Numbered from the stretch's first letter, positions 1 through 13,587 are shown. The stretch is 64,000 nucleotides of DNA from Camelus ferus (GCF_009834535.1 NC_045697.1:112408001-112472000), one strand, 5' to 3'. Made by a program: numbers and translations. The notes: generated by a model from the letters alone, not told the origin.

Positions 1-49
1 AGGTAACTCAGAACTTCCCATTTATAGGTCAGTCTCAGCTTGCTTTCTT

Positions 50-658
50 TCCTTTTTTTAAGTATAGTCAGTTTACAATGTGTCAACTTTTGGCGTACAG
101 CATAATGTTTCATTCATACATATACATATATATATTCCTTTTCACGTTATTTTTCATTATAGGTTACTGCAAGATACTGGATATAGTTCCTTGTGCTATG
201 CAGCAATAACTTGTTTGTTTAATCTATTTTATATATGGTAGTTATTATTTGGAAATCTTGAACTCCCAGTGTATCCTTTTCCACTCCCTTCCCTGCCGTT
301 TAACCATAAGTTTGTTTACTACATCTGTGAGTCTGTTTCTGTTTTATAAATAAGTTCATTAGTGTCTTCTTTTTTTCTCTTTTTAGATTCCACATATGAA
401 TCATACTTTTCTTTCTCTTTCTGACTTACTTCACTTAGAATGATGATCTCCAGGTCCATCCATCTTGCTGCAAATAGCATTATTTTATTCTTTTTATGGC
501 TGAGTAGTATTCCATTGTATAAATATATCACAGCTTCTTTATCCAGTTGTCTGTTGATGGACATTGGAGTTGCTTCCATATCTTGGCTATTGTAAATAGT
601 GCTGCTGTGAACATTGGGGTGTATGTTTCTTTTTGAGTTAGATTTCACTCTGAATATA
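50..658 (-). mobile_element. 5'-truncated L1 (ORF2 tail + 3'UTR), camelid-type
   Basis: Poly-T followed by L1 3' terminus (agtatagtcagtttacaatg). ORF 319..648 contains the L1 ORF2 end motif FAARWMDLEIIILSEVSQ. Degenerate TSD cagtctcagctt (30-41) / cagtttcaactt (659-670). Confidence 0.9.
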
Positions 659-787
659 CAGTTTCAACTTTTTTTCTTGTATTTTCTCCCCAACATCCCC
701 CACCAAATGTGTTCTCAAGTGAGGGTGTTTTTCACCAATGTTCAAGACTGAAAGCAAGGCAAATCTCTGTGGCTCTCAAAATCCCCC

Positions 788-1181
788 TGTGATGGTTAAT
801 TTTATGCCAATTTGGCTGGGTCATGGTGCTCAGATATTTGGTCAAACATTATCCTGGGTATATCTGTGAGGATTTTTTTGGATGAAATTAACATGTAAAT
901 AGATGGACTTCATGGAAAGCAGTTTGTTCTCCACAATGTGGGGCAGGGGTCTCATTCAATCAGCTGAAGACCTGAATTGAACAAAGACTGGCCTCCCCAT
1001 CTCCCAGCACAGAGGAATTTTGCCAGCAAGCTGGCCTTTGGATTCAAACTGCAGCTATTCTCCAGGTCTCCAGCCTGCTGGGCCTTCCCATTGGATTTTG
1101 GATTCACCAGTCATGAGAGCCAATTCCTTAAAATAAATAAATCTTATTGGTAACATTTCTCTGGAGAACGTTGACCAACTT
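788..1181 (+). mobile_element. MLT2-type (ERVL) solo LTR
   Basis: Starts tgtgatggttaattttatg, contains cagatatttggtcaaacattat and ends tttctctggagaac, all MLT2 hallmarks. Confidence 0.8.
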
Positions 1182-1618
1182 ACCTCCCCCTAACCAGTTT
1201 TAGTTTCTGTGGAGTTTTATATCAACTCACTCTCATCCCTTGACCTTGAGGAGGGACTACAGCAAAGCAGGGCTGCACATGACCAAAATTTTACAACCAT
1301 CATCCAGACCCTTCTATAGTCCAGAAAGTTCTGCCTGCCTGTCTGCCTGCCTTCCATCCTTCCCTCTTTCCTGAGTGTTCAGAAAAATAACTGCATTATC
1401 TTATATTCTCTTGTCTCTGTGGTTAATGATCATTTTTTGCTTGAGTCTGCAAGTTAACGTGCAGACTATGCTAAAAATCCCGTAAAATCCAGTAAGTACC
1501 TGATTATAGGCATTGCCATCCAGGGCTTTCATGACTGTTGTCCATTTCAAGATAGAAAAAGAGAAAGAGCAAACAAAAACAAAAAACAGAAACTCATATC
1601 ACTCCCTTGTTCTCTGAG

Positions 1619-1622
1619 TGTG

Positions 1623-1653
<31 letters not shown>
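1619..1653. repeat. (TG)n microsatellite, interrupted
   Basis: Directly visible TG run. Confidence 0.95.
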
Positions 1654-1924
1654 TGCTGTTTTGGTTTAATAGTGGACAGGAATAGGTCAAAGTGAACTAT
1701 GAGAATGAAATGACATCGACTACTTCAGAATATTGTTCCATTCAAATTACTGTAGGTTGGCTAAGGAAATAAATTCAAAGGGAGAAACATGTGACTTAGT
1801 CTTAAGCATTTTGAAGAATACTTTTATGTTCTGCAAATAACATAAGCAAACAGTTGGAAGTATTTGGGAATTGTGATTATTGTTATGTGGGTACAGCGGA
1901 AGGAGGTGACCGCATACAGAGCAG

Positions 1925-2085
1925 CAAGGTATTGTGGAAAAAGTACAAACTTTAATCAGACAAAATTGGATTTAAATACTGGCCCTAATATTTGGACAAG
2001 TTTCTTACATAAGCTAAGCTTTGATTTTTTTTTCACATAATAATAGGAGTGATCATAAATATTTGCCTGATAAAAAATTTTTTGG
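1925..2085 (+). mobile_element. MIR fragment
   Basis: Degenerate MIR core (gtggaaaaagtacaaacttt...tcagac...ggatttaaatactggc...ttggacaagtttctt). Confidence 0.55.
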
Positions 2086-2199
2086 AAAATTAATTTTTAT
2101 ATATTCTAGTCTTTTAAAAATGTGTATCAAATGATACCACACTTCTGCTTTCAGGATTTTATTTCTTCTCAAGGATGAGGAATCCTTATTTCCTATGAC

Positions 2200-2690
2200 C
2201 ATAACTCATAACTTTTTCCTGCTTTTGCAACCATATTTCAGCCCACTTATACCCCTTACCCTCTGTGAGTCAGTCATATAGCACCTTTTCAGTTTATGAA
2301 AACTTCCGCATCCTCTCACCTTTGGGGTTTGGTGTAGATTTTGTATCCTTTGACTGAAACTTTCCTTGAACCATCTTAAAGAGATAACTTAAGGAGATTA
2401 GCTTAGATAACTCCAGCTCATCTTCATATCATCTAAATGTAATGCCATTTCCTTGGGCAGACTTACTTGACCCCAAATCAAGTCAGCTCCCCACGACACA
2501 GGCTCCCATACTGAAGCTTTTCCTTACATGACCCTCATAACACGTGACGTTATTTGTTGCATGTTTCTCTTCCTCCCAAGTTGCAAACTCCAGTACAGCT
2601 GAAATATTTTAATTTTGTTCACCACTCTATCCCTAAAACATAACACAGCCTCTGACTGTAAATGCTGAATAAATATTTGTTCAATTGAGT
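2200..2690 (+). mobile_element. L2 3' end fragment
   Basis: Pyrimidine-rich L2-like body ending in gctgaataaatatttgttcaattga. Confidence 0.55.
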
Positions 2691-2829
2691 AGAAACTTAA
2701 AGCACCAAGTTCAGGGGGTAAAGTAATCCTTAGTTACATTTTTCCCTCCTCCCCCTAATATTTTGAGAATTGCATTATATACTGCATTTATACCAAATGA
2801 GTTAAAACCTATATTATCCTAAGGAATTT

Positions 2830-3800
2830 GGACATTAAATTCAAACTGGCTTTGCCGCAAACAACATTCTGAATTTCTGCCCCCAAATTTGTTCCTTCCC
2901 CACCCTTCCCGACTGAGATGACACCACTATCCTTCCAGTTGCTCCAACCAAGAATCAAGATGCTGTTCTTAATTCTATTTCCCTTCTGGCTCACATGCAA
3001 TCCATTAACAATTCCTTTTGACTCTACCCTCTAATTCACCACTATTCCCCTTTTCCAAGTCATTCATTCATCCATCTATTTATTTGTTTATTGGGGAGAA
3101 GTAATTAGGTTTATTTGTTTATTTTAATGGAGGAACTGGGGATCGAACGCAGGACCTCGTGCATTTTAAGCACACACACCACCCCTGAGCTATCCCCTCC
3201 CTCCCTTTTCCACGTCTTGATTGTACTACTACAGTAGTCTCTCAACTGTTGTCCTGCTAAAAATCCAGTCTTTTAAAACATAAATCAGATTTCATGCTAA
3301 GAAGACTTCAGTATCTTCCTGTCCTTCTCAGATAAAACCCAGATGGCTTTTTGTGATTCACAAGGTCAGGATGAGTTCCAGAATCCCTGTCTCCTCCCAC
3401 CACTCTTTCCTGTGGCTCAGTCTTGAGTCAGGCTGAGCTGGCTTTTCTTTCTGTCCTCGTAAAATCCCATCTCTCGCTTCCTCGTGTGTTTCACAGGCTC
3501 TTCACTCTCCTGGGGCTCTCTGATCCCTGCCTCACACGCTCACGGGTCTTAGTTCCATCTTCATCCTTTATGAGAAGATCTCCAGCCATCCGTCTGCACA
3601 AACCTCCCATTGCTCCCTATAACATCATTCTGTCTTCTTCACTTCCTAGCACTTACTATTTTGGTTGCTTACTTACTTTCTGTTTACTCTTACTGAGATA
3701 CAAAAGAACCATGAAAGTGGAGATCTTTCTAGATTATTTACTGTTCTTAGCTCAGTGCTGGGGTTATAGAAGACGTTCAATTTTTTTTGTGGGATGAATC
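2830..3800 (+). mobile_element. L2 3' region interrupted by a SINE
   Basis: L2-like motifs (caccactatccttccagttgctccaaccaag) and an L2-type end at about 3750-3800. Confidence 0.6.
3062..3202 (-). mobile_element. tRNA-Ala-derived SINE (vic-1-like)
   Basis: Reverse strand reads gggaggggatagctcaggggtgg...cacgaggtcctgcgttcgatccccagttcctcca plus an A-rich tail. TSD cccttttcca(a/c)gtc at 3048-3061 and 3203-3216. Confidence 0.9.
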
Positions 3801-4229
3801 ATGGGAGAAATATACCACTTTTGTAGAAAGGTAATTGTGGGGGAAATTTAATTTACAAACTTTTACTAAATATATTTGTGTCTGACAAGAGACCTTGAGG
3901 ACTTGGTAGTAAAAAGAGACACAAACAAAGAAATATTTTATAGACCTGTACCTTGAAAGATAAATAGGACTAAGCTAGTTAGGGAAGAGGTCCATGCACA
4001 AAAGACAGGTTCAAGATAAATTTAGAAAATGGCAAGTAACTGAGAGTCTGACCCAAAAGAGCCAGGAGAGGAAAAGTGCCTTTATTTCTTAGTTATTTTC
4101 ATCATATTAGGATGACACTATCCTTGAGACTTCTCTTGGAAAACATCTCAAGATGACTGTTTAATGTTAACAGTGTTATTTTATAGACACCTAGTCAAAA
4201 AATAATAACCATAGGCACTAGGAAACAAA

Positions 4230-4685
4230 ACTAGTCAGATGGATAAGTCATTGCAGAGGCATGACCAGCTCTGTAGCACACTGAAATGTGGTCATTGCAG
4301 GGTACAGATGTGTGGACCATGTTTGCACGCACAGAGAAGGGGCTCTTCTTGGAAAGCAGAATCACCTAGGAAGGCCCGGGTAGAAGTGATATCTTAACTG
4401 GTTCTTAAAGGAAAAGTTGACCAAAATCAACTGGGGATTGCAGGGAGGCCCCGGGGGAAAAGCACAGGGAAAAGGCAAACAGATGCAAAAGTAGAGTGCT
4501 TCTGAGGCTGCTTTCAGCAGCTTGTTACTGTGGAGCACACAGCTTGGGGTCCCGTGTGATGTAGGGGAGGCTGAACACCTACACATGCTCCAGGGTACCA
4601 AGGACCATGTGTGTCACAACAAGATGACTGGGAAGATATGGGGAAGCTGCTGACATTTTAAGGGAATAACATGGTTATAGCTGTA
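4230..4685 (-). mobile_element. L2 fragment (appears to continue after the L1, about 5151-5260)
   Basis: Purine-rich L2-antisense-like motifs (ggaaggcc...gaagtgatatcttaactggttcttaaagga). Confidence 0.45.
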
Positions 4686-4690
4686 CATTA

Positions 4691-5150
4691 TTTTTTTATT
4701 GGAAGTATAGTTGATTTACAGTGTTGTGTTTCTGGTGTACAGCATAGTGATTCAGTTATATACATACATATATTTTTAGATTCTTTTCATTATATTTTAT
4801 TACAAAATACTGAATAGAGTTCCCTGTACTATACGGTAGGACCTTGTTGTTTATCTATTTTATATATAGTGATGTGTATCTGTTAATCCCAAACTCCTAA
4901 TTTATCCATCCCCCCCATCCTCTTTGGTCACCATAAGTTTGTTTTCTATGTCTGTGTCTTTTTCTATTTTCTAGATAAGTTCATTTGTATCATTTTTCAA
5001 GATTCCAGATGTAAGTGATACCGTATAACACTTGTCTGTCTAACTTCACTTAATATGATAACCTCTAGGTCCATCTGTGTTGCTGCAGATGGCATTATTT
5101 CACTCTTTTTTATGGCTGAGTAATATTCCGTTGTATATAGATATACCACA
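4691..5150 (-). mobile_element. 5'-truncated L1 3' end
   Basis: Poly-T + attggaagtatagttgatttaca...ttttttatggctgagtaatattcc; same family as the other L1 3' ends in the window. Confidence 0.9.
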
Positions 5151-8100
5151 AATTTTTAATCTATTCATCTGGACATTTTGGTGTTAGTATTGTAGATGGA
5201 TTTGTGAGCAGCAAAGCAAGAGGATGAAGTTCAGTATCAGTCAGACTTTTATCAGATAGTTGTGTATAAGAGAATGTGGAATTCCTGAAACCCAGTAAAC
5301 AACAGTCAGGACACACAGGATGGAAATATTTGGGAAGCCAACAAGGCAAATTTTGAAACAGTTTGCTTGAACTCATTAGTTTATCTCAATATTCTTTTGC
5401 TGTATATGTGTTATAGGATTTGGCGCATATGATCACTGGAAGCACTTGTAAATCAGTAATCTGAATATGATTGTTAAAATTTATAAAAATTTTACTGCAG
5501 GCATCTGGGATAGCTTCTTTTAACCATTTAGTTCTGTGTCTCTCCTTTTTGGTTATGGTATGTATTATAGGATGGGATGAAATAATACTTCTGTTCTTAA
5601 TTCACTGACTGAAAAACGAGATGAAAAAAAAAATACATCCCATCATTTATCCAAGGCTTTGGAGCTATTTCCCAGTGGAATTATGGCTCAGACACAAATT
5701 CCTAATGCTTTCTAACTCTTCTCAATGGACCATTGAATTAACTTATCTTCTTCCTGAATATTTTTCCCAAATCCCATATATCTGGGAAAAATTGTTTTAG
5801 GGAAATATTCTTTTTTTAATATGGCATGTTTTGTGAATATCGTACCAATGCCTAGTACCTGCTGAAAAAAATCTTAAGATCTTTGTGGAAAAACTGATGA
5901 AAACCAGCATCATTTTCTTTGCTTACTAAAAACAAAGACGTCTCAGAAAGGAGAAAATAATTTCTCTCTAAATTGATATATATGGCTTTTAATTTTATTC
6001 CAATATCCTTTGCCATATGGAAAATTGGTTAAATGGTTTGATTTTAGTTACACTTTGATGGAACAAATAAAACTGAGATCACATTATGAGTGAGAAATGG
6101 AGGATCCATGATATTTTATAACACTTTAATTACCAGTTATAAATCATGTTCTTTATTTGCGAGCTTTTTGAAAGCTTTTCCACCTAAAGACAGCCAATGC
6201 TGTAAGGCTTTTTGGAAACACCAATAAAGGACATATTTAGCTTTTTAGAGGATGATTTTGGCATCTTACTTATTCTTTAATTTGAGAGGCCATGTCACCA
6301 AAAATATGTGTTTTTCTGTTCACTGTGTGATTTATTGTCTGTTCTGCATATACTCAGGTGACTTTTCCTCTAGTGCATAGATTCAAAGATGAATCATCTA
6401 GTTTCAAGTCTCAGTGAGTACTTGGGAACAGTGACTCTGATAGTAGGATAGAGAGACGTTTCCTGTTCATTCCAAGTTACCATCGTGGGCACCGGGTACC
6501 ATTTCTTTTCATCTCCAGTCACACATAGGTTCTTACAAGACAGATTTTATGCTAGAATAATTTTTCTGCTTGACTCATGTTGCCTGTCAATTCCTTCACA
6601 CATCAGGCAGGTGAATATCAACTAAGATAGCAGCTTTCTAGAACATTTATCTATCCAGTATCCTTTTCCTCTCACTCATTCTGTTTTTTCCCCTTCTTTT
6701 CTTAAATTCTTTTCTGTAGAGAAAAAGACAGTCCAACTCAATTAATAATTATTGCTCTTGTTTTCAAGTGAAAAAAACTCTGTGATTAAAGGAAAAAGTG
6801 GAAAGAAAAAAAATTACAATGAAAATGTTGCTAGAAAGATAAAATGAATTACAATGAATTTATTGCTAAAGCAAATTGTATGTGTTTTGGAGGGGAAAGA
6901 ATATTGTGCTTTATACCTGATTTTGTATTTTAAGACAATGATTCAGAAACCTAAGCAAACCCAGTATACTTTTTATCTTAATAATATGTTGCAAATTATT
7001 TAAATGATGCAAAGTCATTGTATAGAACCAATGAAGCATCCTTGGGGACATTATGCATCTTTATCTATGTTAGCAAAAAAAGCATGGAGAAGAGATATTC
7101 TCAGAGAGTAATAATGGATAGCAGTAATCAATAGTAATAATAAATAGCAATTAAACCGTGTGATCTAACTCAGGGCATCATCAGTGATACCTTTATCAGT
7201 CAAGGTGTTTATCAATGTATTGATTGCTGGGAAATTGCAGCATTACAAGTATATTCTAGCTGAATTTTCAGCATTGACTGATGTTTTTGTTGCTATTGGA
7301 GACCTCAGTAAATTCTAGTCATTAGCCAATTTTAATTATTAATATCAGATTTCTAGAATGCCTAATAATTCACAGAAGTTACACCATGTGTAAGAATAAG
7401 TCTACAGAATTTCAGTACAGCTCAAAAAAAGATTTACACGGTTTGATTAATTCAAAACCCAGTAAGACTCTTAATGTTTGAAGTACCACTTGGTCTGTGT
7501 TCAACTTTACTGCTGGTCTAGATGGTCCGTCAGGTCCATTTGCGTTCTGAAGTTCTCTGTTTTTAAATGATAAAAGTGAGGCCATGAGCACTTGAATTCT
7601 AGATCCTGGGCACAGGCCAGAGGGTTGAGGACACAGGATGAGGACGCACATGGTCATCCAGGGTCCCTTGTGCTTCATGATGGGAAAGTCACTTTCTGTT
7701 TCTATTTGTCATGGGAATGATTTGGATAAAAAGATTTTGGAGATTTTGAGATATGGGCTTGATTTAGTTCACTCTATTTTACCTTGTAAGTCTGGTTAAA
7801 ATATTTTGAATGTCCAAATATGTCATATTTCCATGAAAACATTAATATAAAAAGTCCATTTCGCTTTTTGAATTCTTCATGATTTTCATTATAGTACCAT
7901 AAGAAATCTGAGATTTGACACTTGAAATTATATTTGGAAAAACACTGTCCTTTTGTTCATTCAGTATGCATGTTCCATGAAGGACCATTGGCTAGATATT
8001 GGTGGAGTTGTGATTAGAAAGATTAGTAAAAAACAAATCATGTCATCACCAGCCTAGATTTAATGGAGCGCTATAAGGAAAACACATTTTCTTTTCACAG

Positions 8101-11100
8101 TCAGCAGAGTTTTCAGGTGTAGATATTGGTGCATTAGACTTTTGTATAACATTATTTTAGAATTTATAAACTATTACAATTTTGAATTTTATTATTTGAT
8201 ATCAAATGATTAAAATCATGCTTTTCTCCCTTCTTATGAAAACCCAGTAAGTGCTCATGGAACACGGCCTTAACGTTTCGATAATCAGTCAAAAATTTGT
8301 TGCTAAATTTTATTGTGGAATGACAGCATATAATTAAGAGATGTAGATGGTACGTGTGAAAAGTTAATTAACTGCAAGATTTGACAGACACCAGGTAATT
8401 AAAAATTAAAATGAAAATGTTGTTTTTATTTAATTATGTTTTATTTCGTACTATGATACTAAGAAAAGTGAAAGGTGATGTTTTCCTTTAGCCAGATTTG
8501 TCTGTCCATCGTGGTAGTTGTCCCATTACGCTCCCAGTGAAGTCATAATGCACTTTCCGCCTGCAGTGCCCTTAATCTGTTTCTGAAAGTAATTTTAGAA
8601 GTTAGAATACTGCTGTGGCATTAAAGTTTAATACTTTGTTGGCAACATGGGCAGAAACTGCTAAAAGAAAAAGAAAGACCTACAAAATTGAAACTAAAAT
8701 GAATATTTCTTAAAACCCTTTTCTCTTCTCACAAAGAAGTGGAACGTGTGTGTAATACAGTCATGAGGACAAACAATTTATGACTCGCTATAATGCCCTT
8801 GGAGCATTTGCTAATCCTCATTATGGCTTGACCTCAGTTTCCTGATTTTTTTTTTATGTTGTTGATGATTCTGTTTGATGTCACCTATTTTTGAAAGAGA
8901 CAGCTCATCCTTGTGAATCACTGTATCACCAGGATCTTTAAAATGGGTTTTGGTTAGTGCACACTGAAATCTTCAGACCTCTAAAGGCACTGATTAATAA
9001 CTCTTAACCCCAGAAATCAAATTCCTTGGAGTATGTCTCCAGGAGCTAGTTTCTTCTTACAGACAGCTTGTTTACTGTAAGGCTCTCAGTTTGGGATTAT
9101 CTGAGGAACTGGACTACTGGCGTGAATGTTATCACTCTCCTAAGAGGGTTCTAGTTGACTTGAAGATTCATGACAGAATTTATTCATTGGACCAAATATT
9201 TATTGAATGTTTATTATGTGATGATGACTATTCTAGCGCCGATGATGAAGTAATGAGTAGACACATCTGCCCCCGGAGAACATTCAAGAGATTGTCCACG
9301 ATGTGATTTAAGGAAAAATACAAAGTGTGAAAATGTATCGATCAGTGAGTGTGTCATAGTTATTTCAAAGAAGCCCATTTAAATATGGGGCATATAGGAA
9401 GTACAATTACTGCTACCAAAAGTTGGGCTGTATTGGTTTACAATAATCCATTTGCCTCGTCTCTAACGTATTCTATCATAAAACTTTACCAAATGCTTTT
9501 CAGAACATTTACAGAATCTCATTTCTAGTATAAATTTGATTAATTCTGCAATGGTAAGTAGAGAAGGGACAAACCCCAGAATCATTGTTCAGAATTGCAC
9601 TTTTCAAAGCAAAAATACAAACAAAGAGCACTATTTCCAAGAAATTTGTAGAAACAATTGCAAAGGTAATTTGAAATATTATAATCAGAGGAAAAGTGGA
9701 ACAAGCTATTGGCAAAAGTTTTTTGTTAAATGACACTGCTCAGTGCCACACTGTATTAATTGTATACATCATAGAAAAGTAATTTTTAATTTGCATTCTA
9801 ACAGACACTTGATTTTATAGTGGATTTATCGATTGATGTGCAGATTATGAATCAGCTCTTGGGAGGTGTCCCAAGTATGAGAGCGAAATGTTTAGTGGTG
9901 ATTCAGCCCTGCCTGTATGGGGCTTAAGAAAGGACATATTTACTTTGAAAGGATTTTGCACAGAATTTTGATCATATTGCATATTGAAGGAAGTAGTGAA
10001 AATTATTATTATAATGCAGTCATTACCATCAAATGTTGTCCTTTTCAGTAATGCTAACATAACTATGTAAATTTGCTTGTCTGCTCTGAGGTCAGCTGAC
10101 CACTGAGGGTAAAGACAATTTCTCAGATGTTTGAAAGGAAACAAACAAACCAACCAACCAAAACCAAAAAAACCCAACAACAACAACAGTTGCTTCTTGA
10201 TACTAAACACACAAGCAAAGAGAATTTCTATGATTTCAAAATAACTACCTTGGTGATATATCCCAAGCCCTTAAAAGCTTAAACCTATTGCTTTAAGACT
10301 GAATGAGAAAGATTTTTTATCATGTGGGGTTGATAGCCAGATTCCATATGAAGAAGAAACTCAGTAATCAAGAAGTTAACACTCTCTTGAACTCTTTCTA
10401 AAAATTCTTCCTTTGAGAAAGTATTTTTATATATGTTTGGACATATGTAGGAACCACCCAGACAGGCAGCAGAAGCAGGGGAAATAATCTCCAGGGCTGT
10501 GAGCACTCAAACATCAAATCTGAATTCCATACACTGCCCTTTCTCCTAAAATAAAACCCTCAGCCTTCCAAGTTTGAGTGTGGCTTGCTCACCGACTTGG
10601 CATCAGAAGGAGTGCTGGAAATGGCCCTTAATGAAGACACACTCATAAGTTCGGAATCCAAACTCAATCTGAGCATTCTGAAGGGCTTTAGAATGCCGCC
10701 AATGATTACCACTTAGAGTAATTTATGTTAGGAGCTTTGATTTTCTAATTTGTGGAATTAAAAAAAAAGATGGGGCAACTGACATGTGGTACGAGCTCTC
10801 AGCCGTCGAGAAGGGTGGATGTATGTTCCTTGGTGAAAATGATTATAATCAATATAATTCCTATCATTAGATGAAACAGTTGTGACTAGTAATTTTCAAA
10901 GACTGCTTTATTCTTATTGCTCAACATTGTATTAATGTCTTCTGATTCGCCTACAGTTGAGACTGGTACTGTCAGGCACCCAGCAGGCTCTGATGTCAGC
11001 ACTGCTGCAGCTGCCGGGCTGCCGGGCTCCCGTTGGTGTAACCAGGGAGGCGACAACAGCCCCGGTGAGCAGGGGGCTTACCCCTCCCAGCGCAGCAGGT

Positions 11101-13144
11101 GGCATGAACTTCATGTTCCTGTCAGTTCCTGATACAGATGAGCGGGTGGGGAGGTGGCCGGTAGATGGTCTATGTCACAGCGAGGAGCTCAGGGCATCCC
11201 TGACTCCTCAGGGGACCGCTACCCAACCTGCTGGTCCTGCACTTCAGGGAGAGGCAGCAGCCACACCCTGGGCAGGAAACCCACCTGCCCTTGGACCAGG
11301 ATACACACATTCTGTATCACCTGCAATATCCCCTGGAGAAACGGAGAGCCTTGATTACCCTCCTCCAGAAGCAAATCTATTTCCACCCCATAGCAGCACT
11401 GCTGGTGTCCTGGAATAAAACTGCCGAAGCCCTCTGCTCGGGTGTGGAAATGCCAGGCCCCGTGGTGACCGTCTCCCCTCCACACCCCAACAGACAGAGC
11501 CTGAGCAAGATTCACAATACATGGGTTTGCACCCAGATGAGGATTGCTTCAGTCACAGTTTAAGGCGATTTGAAACCATCTCAAGTCATATGATTTGATT
11601 TGATTGATTTTTGGTTTGTCATCTTTATTTTCAAGTCATTATTTTTAATGAAAACATACATATTGATTTACAAACATGGAAGCAGCTTGACACAACTTAC
11701 ACACTCTGTATCTGTGAGAAAGCTTTAGATACACCCCCCCTTGCTAGTAGAGATTAAGCCACATGCCTCCCAGTTCCTGTCCACAGGTTACGTACTGGAA
11801 CTATCCCTTATATTATAGAGAAACCAGTAACACCTAACAAATTAAATGGGAGGAGATACAAATGAGCTTCTCTGAGATCTTTAATTGAACTAAAACCTAA
11901 GAGTCCCCCAGGAGCTCAGCTCTGCCTTTGCCCTTTACTCAGGTAGGCTCCCCCTGCTGAGAAAGTGTGCACAGACACAGATCTGAGCCAGTCATAGTTT
12001 TTAATTAGAAGTGGGAGTGCGCTTTCTCTTCTCCAATTGTACTGTTTCCTCTTGGAAGAGGAGGGGACCACTGAAGGGGCAGATATGGGGAAAACTCCCT
12101 TCCAAACAAGTGCCCAGGACATGGACTGGCCCACAGGGTGATCACTGCTCGAATGTCACTTGTTGGAAGGCACTTAGAAGCCAAGTTTCTGTTCTCAGAA
12201 TCGCACACAACTGAGTCATGTAGAACATGGCCTACAGTGAGACCAGTTCTCTTAGGATGACCGGTTTTTAAAGGGAGGGCCATAGACTGAGGTACGACGG
12301 TCGATGGAGGTGATTTTCCTGTTCTCCGGGAGATCCTGAACAGCCGTGGGGCTTCAGGACTGCCCCATGTTTTCAAAGATTATTGAAACCAGAAATCAGC
12401 ATTTGTCCTATTAAGCTCTCAACTGAAATAACAGACTGTTGCCAGGATATTTACATAGTGGCCTGGAGTGGTTTTTTTTTTTTTTTTGTTACTAGTTCTA
12501 CTATATCCTGCTATATAAAAGGAATTTCAGTGTATATGCTTCCTAAAAAATAAGTGACTGAGTCTCAGATGACAGGCAAACCGGCAGGAAATTTCATTGT
12601 TGAAATATATTGCTTTTCAACAATCCTCTTGTCTGTCTCTAAGGACTGAATGTTATTTCGAAGTGTAGATGATTCTATAATAAAACCTGTTGTGCTGAAA
12701 CATGGTAACATTAGATAAGACCTTTTGTTGTGTGCAGAACTAAGAGACTCATTAACCTTGGAAAGACATTTTCTTGTTGAAGTTACTGAATATACTAATT
12801 GCAATAGTTTTGTCATTTAAATAAAAACTAAATTCAGTAAAAAAAAAATAAGCATTCACCCAAATGCCGTATGTGTGCCATATGTTTATGCCAAGTATCA
12901 GCATTAGAGCCTTAGTCAAAACTAATTTTGTATGCTAATACAATGTAAAGCTAAACCAAACAGAAATAAGCCTCAGAGTAGGATTTTATCTGATATATAT
13001 ATATATTTTTAAGCCCATTTTTAACACCCATCCTGGGTAGCTAAATGTAGTTTTTAAAGGATTTTATGAGGGCAACATAATGGCTTGTTTAGAATTTTTA
13101 TACTGTTTAATACCATTTAAAAATTTTTGTTTGCTTTTTAATTT

Positions 13145-13298
13145 TATTTTTTTTTTAATTTTAAAAAGTGGTAAAATACACAGACCTTAGAATTTACCAC
13201 CGTAACCATTTCTGTGTATCCAGTTCAGTGGCGTTAAGTACTCTGACTTGTTATGATACCATCACCACCATCCATGCACAGAACTCTTTGCATCTTGA
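13145..13298 (-). mobile_element. Old L1 (L1MB-like) extreme 3' end
   Basis: gtggtaaaatacac...ccattt...cagttcagtggcgttaagtac...ccatcaccaccatccat, the typical L1MB terminus. Confidence 0.7.
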
Positions 13299-13403
13299 GA
13301 TACCAGTGTTTTTATACCACACACCCTCTGCAGGTTTTGATGTTAGTGTCCAACTCCTGATTGCTAAGAACGGTGTGATAGCTGATACTAAGGAGAGAGT
13401 TCT

Positions 13404-13587
13404 GGGGGTGGGTAAAGCTCAGTGGTAGAGCACATGCCTAGCATGCATGAAGTCCTGGGGTCAATCCCCAGTACCTCCATATAAATAAATAAATAAATTA
13501 AATAAATAAATAAATAAATAAATTAATTAATTAATTAATTAAAAAAAAAAAACCTATCCCCCTGTCCCCAAGCAAAAACAAAAAAAG
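13404..13587 (+). mobile_element. tRNA-Ala-derived SINE (vic-1-like)
   Basis: A/B-box head (agctcagtggtagagc...ggggtcaatcccc) and (TAAA)n tract. TSD taagg(a/g)gagagttct at 13389-13403 and 13588-13602. Confidence 0.95.

Noticed and set aside
319..648. ORFs at 319, 22439, 36097, 38120 and 60698 as host genes
   Set aside because: All translate to L1 ORF2 C-terminal or 3'UTR sequence.
7412..7678. 88-aa minus-strand ORF
   Set aside because: No recognisable domain or convincing splice structure; the length is within chance expectation.
10285..10676. Two-exon minus-strand ORF (MLRLSLDSE... joined to ...LEIISPAS...)
   Set aside because: The donor is phase 0 but the downstream ORF needs phase 1, and the acceptor's pyrimidine tract is weak.
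12005..12376. 123-aa minus-strand ORF
   Set aside because: Non-ATG start, no recognisable homology and no supporting exon boundaries.
13404..13480. Functional tRNA-Ala genes (also at 3130, 27684, 39972, 41430, 56335)
   Set aside because: Each has a SINE-specific tail, most have TSDs, stems are mutated and no Pol III T-run terminator follows; these are SINEs.
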